Assembly (NCBI GenBank): GCA_036339735.1
Contig: JAYZAL010000102.1
Span: 1-11,601 of the forward strand
DNA: 11,601 nt
Direction: 5' to 3'
Source: Candidatus Poribacteria bacterium
GTDB taxonomy: Bacteria; Poribacteria; WGA-4E; UBA9662
The notes below the pieces were generated by a model. That model saw nothing but the letters and a program-made list of their open reading frames with translations, ran no database searches and was not told where the DNA came from. Each line of letters opens with the position of its first letter. Within the stretch, counting starts at the first letter, position 1. Positions 1 through 7,763 of the stretch are shown here, piece by piece. A program made the translations under genes and the position numbers.

Positions 1-120
1 TCGTGGCCAGCTAGTTGTGTTGGTATCTATTGGGAAATAATTGGTGGTTACGAGGATCCGATTTATTCTTCTGTTTTTCCCTTACTAGCACTTAACTCCT
101 ATCATCAAAAGATTAGTTGA
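1..120 (+). CDS. 3' end of an incoming gene; C-terminus resembles triterpene cyclase / prenyltransferase-squalene oxidase repeat proteins (partial)
   Basis: Frame 1 is open from base 1 to TGA at 118-120: SWPASCVGIYWEIIGGYEDPIYSSVFPLLALNSYHQKIS*. The pattern SW-x-G...Y...Y-x3-FPLLAL-x2-Y resembles the terminal helix of squalene-hopene and oxidosqualene cyclases (Y-x3-FP-x2-AL-x2-Y/F). Not in the ORF track; only 39 aa visible. Confidence 0.55.
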   Translation, partial: SWPASCVGIYWEIIGGYEDPIYSSVFPLLALNSYHQKIS

Positions 121-151
121 TTTGATATTAAATTAACCCTCAAATACTACC

Positions 152-3088
152 ATGAATCAGCTTGAACAACTTTTAACCCAACAAGTCGAAGGTGAAGTTA
201 GGTTTGATGATTACTCTAGGGCTCTTTACAGTACTGACGCTAGCCTTTATCAAATTAATCCAGTCGGTGTGGTGATCCCGCGTACTAAAGCTGATGTGCA
301 AAGAACGGTACAAATCTGCTATGAAAATGATGTGCCGATTCTTCCACGAGGAGGTGGCACAAGCTTGGCAGGCCAAACTGTTGGTCAGGCAGTAATTATT
401 GACTTTTCCAAGTATATGAATCAAATTATTGAAGTAAACGAGGCAGAGCATTGGGCTAGGGTGGAGCCTGGTATTGTCTTAGATGAACTTAACTCACAAC
501 TTAAACCATACGGTTTGATGTATGCTCCAGACGTAGCAACAAGTAGCAGAGCAAATGTTGGTGGGACAATTGGTAATAACTCGGCGGGGTCACATTCAGT
601 AATTTATGGAAAAACGATTGACCATGTGATGGAATTAGAACTTATTTTGTCTAATGGTGAGTCAATATTGGCTAAGGCAATGACGCCAGATCAGGTAGAA
701 AGAAAAAAAACAGAGCATACACTCGAAGCCAAAATTTACCGAAAAGTCTGTCAAATCACGCATGATTATCAAGACTTAATTAGGCAACGATTCCCTCGGA
801 TTTTACGAAGGGTTGCTGGTTATAACTTAGATGAATTTGTCATTAATGCGGGTTCCAAAGAAGTTACGCCCTATCGACGAGACGATGGAAGTGATCAAAA
901 TTTATTCAATTTGTCCAAAATTATTGTTGGTTCAGAAGGGACGTTGGCAACTGTCACCGAGTCCAAAATTAATCTTGTACCAATACCCAAGATGACGGCC
1001 CTAAATGTGATCCATTTCGACACCTTAGTTGAATCTATGAAAGCTGTTGCGCCTATTTTGGAGTGTAAACCGACTGCCATTGAATTGATCGATGATACCA
1101 TCATTAATATGACTAAAGGGTCGGCAGCTTTCTCCAAAACCAGTGATTTTATCAAAAAAAATGCCAAAGGAAATGGGCCTGGTGCAATCCTGGCCGTTGA
1201 ATTCTACGGTGAATCACCCCAAGAGTTGATTAGCCAACTCGATAACATTGAAAAGAAAATGATATCGAAAGGACTGGGTTATGCTTTTGTTCGTTGCATA
1301 ACACAAGAAGAGAAGTCGAATGTGTGGGAAACACGTAAAGCGGGACTTGGTTTATTAATGGGAATGACCGGTGACCGTAAGCCAGTTGGGTTTGTGGAGG
1401 ATGCAGCTGTTCGGATTGAAGATTTACCAGAATATGTACGTCGGTTTTCTGACATTATCGCTGCTCATGACACAACTGCAGCCTACTATGCCCATGCAAG
1501 TGTTGGCTTGCTACACAACAGGCCAGTAATAAATCTAAAATCAGAATCTGACATTCAAAAAATGCACTCTATAGCTAAACAAGTTAAAGACTTACTAATC
1601 GACTTGGATGGAGCTATGAGCGGAGAGCATGGGGATGGATTAGTTAGGAGTGAGTGGATTGAATCCATGTTTGGTTCCGAAATGTATCAAATCTTTCGCC
1701 AGCTCAAACAAACATTTGATCCAACTGGAATTATGAATCCGGGAAAAATTGTTGATGGCCCACCAATGACCGAGAACCTCCGTTTTGGGAATAATTACAA
1801 TACAATTAAAATTGACACATATTTTGATTTTTCCAATCAAGGTGGTTTTGATCGAGCTATTGAGATGTGTAATGGGGTAGCCGCATGTCGTAAAACACTA
1901 ACAGGAACTATGTGTCCATCATATATAGGAACAAGAGAAGAAATACATTCCACACGTGGTAGAGCTAATGCCTTACGGCATGTCATTTCAGGTTCTTTGC
2001 CCCAAGAACATTTTAAAAGTAAAGAACTTTATGAAGTATTAGATCTTTGCCTAGAATGCAAAGCTTGTAAATCTGAGTGCCCATCACACGTCGATATGGC
2101 AAAAATCAAATACGAATTTTTAGCTCAATATCATGATCAACACGGATTACCAGTTCGCAATCGTTTGTTCGGACACATCGATAGCTTGAGTGATATTGGT
2201 TCAAAAATGGCTCCATTTTCTAATTGGCTGATGAATTCTTCAGTTTCGAAATGGATGATGGATAAATTCTTCGGTATTGATCGTCGTCGATCCTTACCTA
2301 ATTTCGCGGAAGAAACTTTTGTTCAGTGGTTCAAGGCGCAGCCATCTTGCACATTAGAAAATCGTCAACAGGTTGTCTTTTTTTATGACACTTTTACCAA
2401 TTATAATTACCCTAATGTCGGGCAATCAGTTGTTAAAGTGTTAGAATCTGCTGGTTTTGATGTTATTTTGCCACCTAAACGTTGTTGTGGGCGCCCTATG
2501 ATTTCTAAAGGTATGTTAAATGAAGCAATTCAAAATGCTCGGCATAACATTAGTTGGCTGTTACCCTACGCTCAACAAGGTCTACCAATCGTTGGGTGTG
2601 AGCCCAGTTGCATTTCAGCTTTGACAGACGATTACGTCGAATTGCTTCCAGGAGACGACTCAAGATTAGTAGCTGAACATACACTAATGATTGAGGAATT
2701 CCTATTAAAAGAAAAAGACAGGCTCAGGTTTTCAGATCTAGATCAAAACATTTTACTACATGGACATTGCCACCAAAAAGCACTAATTGGACTTCAACCA
2801 TCACTTGAAGTTCTGAATCTCCCGGTAAACTACACTGTCAATTCGGTAGACTCCAGTTGCTGTGGTATGGCCGGTTCATTCGGTTATGAAAAAGAACATT
2901 ACGATCTGTCGATGAAGATAGCTGAAACAAGATTGCTGGAACCGATTCGATCTCATTTGGGCGATTCTTCTGATAACTCTCAAGTAGCTATTTCGGGAAC
3001 TTCTTGTCGTGAACAAATTAAACACAGCACAGGCTATGAACCTAAGCATATAGTAGAGTTATTGTGCGAAGCGATTATTCACACGTAA
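152..3088 (+). CDS. FAD-binding and Fe-S-binding oxidoreductase (GlcD+GlcF-like fusion, YdiJ/D-2-hydroxyacid dehydrogenase family)
   Basis: 978-aa ORF with YSTDAS, PRGGGTSLAGQ (FAD_binding_4), GSEGTL, SGEHGDG...FDPTGIMNPGK (FAD-oxidase C), Fe-S motifs CNGVAAC...MCPS and CLECKACKSECP, and CCG-domain motifs CCGRP, GCEPSC, HGHCHQ, CCGMAGSFG, SGTSCREQ. Substrate cannot be read from sequence. Confidence 0.93.
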   Translation: MNQLEQLLTQQVEGEVRFDDYSRALYSTDASLYQINPVGVVIPRTKADVQRTVQICYENDVPILPRGGGTSLAGQTVGQAVIIDFSKYMNQIIEVNEAEHWARVEPGIVLDELNSQLKPYGLMYAPDVATSSRANVGGTIGNNSAGSHSVIYGKTIDHVMELELILSNGESILAKAMTPDQVERKKTEHTLEAKIYRKVCQITHDYQDLIRQRFPRILRRVAGYNLDEFVINAGSKEVTPYRRDDGSDQNLFNLSKIIVGSEGTLATVTESKINLVPIPKMTALNVIHFDTLVESMKAVAPILECKPTAIELIDDTIINMTKGSAAFSKTSDFIKKNAKGNGPGAILAVEFYGESPQELISQLDNIEKKMISKGLGYAFVRCITQEEKSNVWETRKAGLGLLMGMTGDRKPVGFVEDAAVRIEDLPEYVRRFSDIIAAHDTTAAYYAHASVGLLHNRPVINLKSESDIQKMHSIAKQVKDLLIDLDGAMSGEHGDGLVRSEWIESMFGSEMYQIFRQLKQTFDPTGIMNPGKIVDGPPMTENLRFGNNYNTIKIDTYFDFSNQGGFDRAIEMCNGVAACRKTLTGTMCPSYIGTREEIHSTRGRANALRHVISGSLPQEHFKSKELYEVLDLCLECKACKSECPSHVDMAKIKYEFLAQYHDQHGLPVRNRLFGHIDSLSDIGSKMAPFSNWLMNSSVSKWMMDKFFGIDRRRSLPNFAEETFVQWFKAQPSCTLENRQQVVFFYDTFTNYNYPNVGQSVVKVLESAGFDVILPPKRCCGRPMISKGMLNEAIQNARHNISWLLPYAQQGLPIVGCEPSCISALTDDYVELLPGDDSRLVAEHTLMIEEFLLKEKDRLRFSDLDQNILLHGHCHQKALIGLQPSLEVLNLPVNYTVNSVDSSCCGMAGSFGYEKEHYDLSMKIAETRLLEPIRSHLGDSSDNSQVAISGTSCREQIKHSTGYEPKHIVELLCEAIIHT

Positions 3089-3457
3089 CAAATCTACATG
3101 GTAAACATATTTGAAAACTACTTTTGGTTATTGTCTGTTACCGAGCGAATAGGTCTTACTATGAGACCACATCTAATTGGCGAAATGATGTTGCCACAAA
3201 AACCTAACTCATAAGTCAACAATAATATCATTACCGTTCTTTTTGCTTCCTGACAACATTTATCATCACTCAGCGTTAGTATCAATCTTGTTTAAGTTAT
3301 CCAGTATACTGACAAATATATTTCGATTCCGGACTATATAGAGTTTTGAAAAAGATCTTAGCCTCATTCGCTGACCGAGCTAATTGCCAAAATTTAGCAT
3401 TGGAGCATGATGAGCACTGGCACAATATCATAAGTAAGAATAACAATCAGCATCATA

Positions 3458-3486
3458 TTGACGCTAAGTTCACACACTGATATACT
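3458..3486 (+). promoter_or_regulatory. sigma70-type promoter for the membrane protein gene
   Basis: TTGACG (3458-3463), 17-nt spacer, TATACT (3481-3486), with extended -10 TG at 3478-3479. The ATG follows 8 nt after the -10 hexamer. Confidence 0.75.
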
Positions 3487-3494
3487 CAGTATTA

Positions 3495-5423
3495 ATGAAT
3501 TCTCTTTCCCAAAAGCAACAAGGTGTTACTCCCAAATCTTTGTTAGTCGCCTCTCTACTGATCCCAATTAATTGTTATTGGGTGATCGAAATGGAGGTAA
3601 TCCGATACTCCGGGCACCCAGTAACAATCTCGCTTTTCTTCAATGTTATTTTTAGTCTATTTATCATTGTCGGGCTGAACCAACTACTCCACCGAATTTC
3701 TCCTGCATTATCTTTAAATGCTAGTGAATTAGTCATTGTATACCTAATGGTGTCAATTGCATCAGGTATTGCAGGCCATGACATGCTAGAGATTTTGGTA
3801 CCTATGCTTGGACATGCCTTTTACTTCGCCACAGCTGAGAATGAATGGAAAGAGTTATTTCTGCCTTTTTTACCTGAATGGCTTACTATAAATGATAATC
3901 AATTGTTCTACGGCTACTATCAAGGAGAAGCAAACCTTTATACAATTTACCATCTTCAAAAATGGGCAAAACCTATACTTTGGTGGACAGCATTTATTTT
4001 TATGCTTAGCCTAGGCATGTTTTGCCTAAATGTTATGGTGCGAAAACGCTGGATTGAACACGAAAAACTGAGTTACCCCATCATTCAATTACCAATGGAG
4101 ATGAGTGGGATAACTTATTCCAGCTTCTTTAAAAACCGATTCATGTGGTGCGGTTTTGCGATTTCTGGTGGATTAGTCTTACTAAACGGCCTCAACTTTA
4201 TTTTTCCAGTAATACCAGAACTAAGAACTAGGATCCAACATTTTGAAATTTTCACTGATTCTCCTTGGAATGCGATGGGAAGATTGCCGTTTTCGCTTTA
4301 CCCTTTTGCCATTGGTCTCGGTTTTTTTATTCCATTAGATCTATCATTTTCTTGCTGGTTTTTCTTCCTCTTTTGGCGAATGATGCGAGTGGCTGGTGCA
4401 GCACTCGGCTTACGAAGTTTACCTGGATTTCCGTACATGAATGAGCAGGCTTCTGGTGGCTATATTGCTCTATGTGTAATTGCTATTTGGGCTACACGAA
4501 AACATCTTTGGAGGGTATTCCATTCTGTACTCAATACTAGTATCGAATCCAGTGATAGAGATGAACCTATTTCTTACCGTACCGCCGTGTTCGGTTTTAC
4601 TCTGACAATGGCTTTTTTGATTTTTTTCTGTTTGAAAGGTGGAGCGACATTAGGCATTAGTACCGCTTTTTTTATGTTCTATTTTGCCATCTCTTTAGCG
4701 ATTACCCGAATGCGAGCCGAGCTAGGTACACCTGTCCATGATTTACATTATTCGGGGCCTGATGAAATTTTGACACGTTCCTTAGGTACTAGGCACATCG
4801 GGCGAGGTAATCTAATTATGTTTTCCATGTTCTGGTTTATTAACCGAGCTTATAGGAGCCACCAAATGCCACACCAGCTGGAAGGGTTGAAAATCGCTGA
4901 CCGTTTTCGAATGAACACCAAGAGAATTCTTTTTGCCTTTATGTTGGCCTCATTATTGGGAGCACTTTCGGGGTTCTGGGCCTTAATCGATAGAGGTTAC
5001 CGAGTTGGCATGGAGTCTCGTGCCTACTCACCATCGCTAAGCGCTTTTGGCATTGAACCTTACCGTCGCTTGACACAATGGCTAAATGTACCGACGGAGC
5101 CACTATTTGCAGAAACTGGTTTTATGGGAGTTGGATTCTTGGCGACCTTGCTACTTATGTTTCTACGAATGAAGTTTGTTTGGTGGCCTTTTCACCCAGC
5201 TGGATTTGCTATCTCCACCAGTTGGGGAATGAACGTGACTTGGAGTTGCTTATTTATGAGTTGGCTTATCAAGGGGATAGTCCTAAAGAATGGAGGCATT
5301 GGCCTCCATCGAAAACTTGAGCCTTTATTTCTCGGTTTGATTCTAGGTGAGTTTGTTTGTGGCAGCCTGTGGACAATTATTGGCATTCTTTTGGGCATTC
5401 CGACCTATGGTTTTTGGGTTTGA
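3495..5423 (+). CDS. Polytopic membrane protein, DUF6785/DUF6784 family (putative transporter, often labelled peptide transporter)
   Basis: 642 aa with many hydrophobic segments and family-like motifs W-x3-EKLSYPIIQLP, FAIGLGFFIPLDLSFSCWFF, RMRAELG, WWPFHPAGF and LGLILGE. Family recognised from memory, not by HMM search. Confidence 0.8.
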   Translation: MNSLSQKQQGVTPKSLLVASLLIPINCYWVIEMEVIRYSGHPVTISLFFNVIFSLFIIVGLNQLLHRISPALSLNASELVIVYLMVSIASGIAGHDMLEILVPMLGHAFYFATAENEWKELFLPFLPEWLTINDNQLFYGYYQGEANLYTIYHLQKWAKPILWWTAFIFMLSLGMFCLNVMVRKRWIEHEKLSYPIIQLPMEMSGITYSSFFKNRFMWCGFAISGGLVLLNGLNFIFPVIPELRTRIQHFEIFTDSPWNAMGRLPFSLYPFAIGLGFFIPLDLSFSCWFFFLFWRMMRVAGAALGLRSLPGFPYMNEQASGGYIALCVIAIWATRKHLWRVFHSVLNTSIESSDRDEPISYRTAVFGFTLTMAFLIFFCLKGGATLGISTAFFMFYFAISLAITRMRAELGTPVHDLHYSGPDEILTRSLGTRHIGRGNLIMFSMFWFINRAYRSHQMPHQLEGLKIADRFRMNTKRILFAFMLASLLGALSGFWALIDRGYRVGMESRAYSPSLSAFGIEPYRRLTQWLNVPTEPLFAETGFMGVGFLATLLLMFLRMKFVWWPFHPAGFAISTSWGMNVTWSCLFMSWLIKGIVLKNGGIGLHRKLEPLFLGLILGEFVCGSLWTIIGILLGIPTYGFWV

Positions 5424-5449
5424 GCTAGTCCTGAACAGGTGGATTGCGG

Positions 5450-5478
5450 TTGACATATTATTCTAAGTAAGGTATCTT
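5450..5478 (+). promoter_or_regulatory. sigma70-type promoter for the ffh-rpsP cluster
   Basis: Perfect TTGACA (5450-5455), 17-nt spacer, TATCTT (5473-5478), in the gap between the membrane-protein stop and ffh. Confidence 0.72.
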
Positions 5479-5521
5479 AATTGGGTTTTGCTCTGTTTTG
5501 TTCAACTGAACTGATGTGGCT

Positions 5522-6919
5522 ATGTTTGAAAGTTTAACTGAGAAACTACAAAATACTTTTAAGAAAATAAGCGGCCAAGGAAAGCTAACCGAAAAGAATA
5601 TTTCGGACGCGCTACGCGAAGTTCGCTTAGCATTGCTAGAAGCGGATGTCAATTTTAAGGTTGTTAAAACTTTCATAAGTGACGTCAAATCTCGCTCCTT
5701 AGGTAAGGAGGTTTTGGGCAGTTTAACCCCCGAGCTGCAAATTGCTAAGATAATTGGCGATGAACTAACTAAGTTGATGGGAGAAGCCGCAACTAAGATT
5801 GAGCTATCAAGTGGGGGGCCCACTGTCATTTTAATGGTAGGTTTGCAGGGGTCCGGAAAAACGACCACATCTGGCAAATTAGCCGACAAGTTTAAAAAAG
5901 AAGGAAAAAGTCCTTTACTAGTTGCTGCGGATATTTATCGACCAGCGGCAATTAAGCAGTTACAGGTAGTTGGTGAGCAGATTGATGTCCCCGTATTCAG
6001 CATGGGGACAGAAGTCTCTCCTGTGAAAATTGCCGAAGCTTCCATCAAGGAAGCTTCTAGTAGAGGTCATAATCTCGTAATTGTTGATACAGCTGGCCGA
6101 CTACATGTCGATCAGAAATTGATGGATGAGCTCAAGGGAATCAAAGTTGCGGTAAAACCAGACGAAGTTCTTCTAGTCGTTGATTCCATGACAGGTCAAG
6201 ATGCCGTTAATGTATCTGATCATTTCAACCAAGAACTTGACATTAGTGGCGTGATCCTGACCAAAATGGATGGTGATTCTAGGGGCGGGGCGGCACTATC
6301 CATTCGTAGTGTCACAGACAAGCCGATAAAATTCATCAGTACTGGAGAGAAAATCGAATCAGGTTCCTTAGAAGCCTTTCATCCCGACCGTATAGCTTCT
6401 CGAATTCTTGGTCAGGGTGACTTCAAGACTCTACTAGAACGAGCTGAGGCAACCTTCTCTGAAGACCAAGCTAAGGATTTGGAAAAAAAATTAGCTACTA
6501 AGCAAGGATTAGACTTTAATGATTTGCTCACACAGTTAGAACAACTGAAAAAAATGGGGCCGTTAGACCAAATCATGGATATGATCCCTGGTATAGGTAA
6601 TGCAATCCCCAAAGGATTTCAACCAGATGAAGACCAATTGAGACATGTCAAGGCTATTATTCAGTCTATGACTAATCAAGAGCGACGAGACTATCGTGTG
6701 CTCAGTAGATCCCGGCGGTTGCGCATCGCCAACGGTAGTGGGACTACAGTACGTCAAGTTAATCAACTGGTTGATCAATTGAAGTTTCTGAACCGAATGA
6801 CCCAACAAGCCACTGGCATTTCAGGAATGATGCCCGGTGTTGGTGGCAAAACAGGGAAAATCAAACCTAAGCGAACAAGAGTTAGTGCACGAGCACGCCG
6901 AAAACGGCGCCGTCGCTAA
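5522..6919 (+). CDS. ffh: Signal recognition particle protein Ffh
   Basis: MFESLTEKL start (ATG 5522 preferred to the track's GTG 5516), ALLEADVN, GLQGSGKTT, DIYRPAA, DTAGR, TKMDGDSRGG, and a Met-rich M domain with SRRLRIANGSG. Confidence 0.98.
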   Translation: MFESLTEKLQNTFKKISGQGKLTEKNISDALREVRLALLEADVNFKVVKTFISDVKSRSLGKEVLGSLTPELQIAKIIGDELTKLMGEAATKIELSSGGPTVILMVGLQGSGKTTTSGKLADKFKKEGKSPLLVAADIYRPAAIKQLQVVGEQIDVPVFSMGTEVSPVKIAEASIKEASSRGHNLVIVDTAGRLHVDQKLMDELKGIKVAVKPDEVLLVVDSMTGQDAVNVSDHFNQELDISGVILTKMDGDSRGGAALSIRSVTDKPIKFISTGEKIESGSLEAFHPDRIASRILGQGDFKTLLERAEATFSEDQAKDLEKKLATKQGLDFNDLLTQLEQLKKMGPLDQIMDMIPGIGNAIPKGFQPDEDQLRHVKAIIQSMTNQERRDYRVLSRSRRLRIANGSGTTVRQVNQLVDQLKFLNRMTQQATGISGMMPGVGGKTGKIKPKRTRVSARARRKRRRR

Positions 6920-6950
6920 TTACTCAGTCAAAATCAAATAGCATCTCAGC

Positions 6951-6958
6951 AAGAGGAG
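6951..6958 (+). promoter_or_regulatory. Shine-Dalgarno for rpsP
   Basis: AAGAGGAG ending 6 nt before the TTG at 6965. Confidence 0.85.
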
Positions 6959-6964
6959 TTACTG

Positions 6965-7279
6965 TTGGCAGTTAGAATTAGATTACAGAGACATGGTCGA
7001 AAGAGGAATGCATTTTACCGAGTAGTAGCCGCAGATGCCAGAAGCCAAAGAGACGGGGCTTTTCTGGAAGCATTAGGCTATTACGACCCCATGACAGAAC
7101 CCGCAAACATCAAGATAGATACGGAGAAGGCCTTAAAGTGGCTTAGGACTGGGGCTCAGCCCAGTGATACTGCTAAGAGTCTCCTGACTAAAACTGGTGT
7201 TTGGGAGCAGTTCATAAATCCTGATGCGTTCGCAGAAAGTAAATCAACCGATAGCGTGGAGTCTAGTGAAGAAGAATAA
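6965..7279 (+). CDS. rpsP: 30S ribosomal protein S16
   Basis: [11 protein letters not shown]...[22 protein letters not shown]...[14 protein letters not shown] start with strong SD; short acidic tail. Confidence 0.98.
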   Translation: MAVRIRLQRHGRKRNAFYRVVAADARSQRDGAFLEALGYYDPMTEPANIKIDTEKALKWLRTGAQPSDTAKSLLTKTGVWEQFINPDAFAESKSTDSVESSEEE

Positions 7280-7330
7280 TTAAGATTTTAACTATCAGCC
7301 GCGGTCGGTATATTCAGGAAATTGATCATT

Positions 7331-7732
7331 ATGACACTCTTTGTTAAACGGCCAGTTATTCTGAAGAATATTGTTACAAAAGAGTTCAAGGACCGAATCA
7401 TGGATGAACTAGGTCAAGCACTAGATCAGATTGACCGATGGTTCGAACAGGAGGAGTTTCAAAGCCGTCGTCTGATTTCTGAGGCTGAAAGGCAGGGCAA
7501 CTCTGATTTGGTACGAAAAGAGTTGGATGTAGAGAAGGATCGACAAGGACAGATTCGCCTTAACCTAAAGCGGAAGTTGGACGAGGTCACACAACTGGAT
7601 ATAGGTAGTGTTTTTACCAGTGGAACTTATGATGCTCCTGTAAAAATCGAAGTTGGAGATAATATCCAATCGAAACTGGCACAGGCAGAGATTATCATAA
7701 AAGATGGGGTTGTAGTTCAGATAATAGAGTAG
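7331..7732 (+). CDS. ylqD: YlqD family protein
   Basis: N-terminal KRPVILKNIVT, central coiled-coil-like segment, C-terminal IEVGDNI...EIIIKDGVVVQI; sits between rpsP and trmD as ylqD does in Bacillus. ATG 7331 (AGGA at 7316-7319) preferred over TTG 7322. Confidence 0.85.
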   Translation: MTLFVKRPVILKNIVTKEFKDRIMDELGQALDQIDRWFEQEEFQSRRLISEAERQGNSDLVRKELDVEKDRQGQIRLNLKRKLDEVTQLDIGSVFTSGTYDAPVKIEVGDNIQSKLAQAEIIIKDGVVVQIIE

Positions 7733-7763
7733 TGTCTCAATTTGGTAGAAGTAGCATGTTTCT

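Noticed and set aside
117..150. Possible promoter for the oxidoreductase (TTGATT/TTGATA with TACTAC)
   Set aside because: The -10 candidate lacks the conserved final T and sits too close to the ATG; read-through from the upstream gene is simpler.
1864..1920. First Fe-S motif CNGVAAC lacks the second Cys
   Set aside because: From recall this variant is common in the FAD/Fe-S fusion family; not evidence of novelty or decay.
3098..3214. 38-aa plus-strand ORF MVNIFENYFWLLSVTERIGLTMRPHLIGEMMLPQKPNS
   Set aside because: No SD or recognisable motif; length is compatible with chance.
3089..3494. Known riboswitch, tRNA or CRISPR array in the long intergenic region
   Set aside because: No TPP, cobalamin, SAM, lysine or c-di-GMP core motifs, cloverleaf or regularly spaced identical repeats were recognisable by eye.
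5424..5521. SRP RNA gene next to ffh
   Set aside because: No helix-8 signature (CAGG...GNRA...AGCAG); the space is occupied by the promoter.
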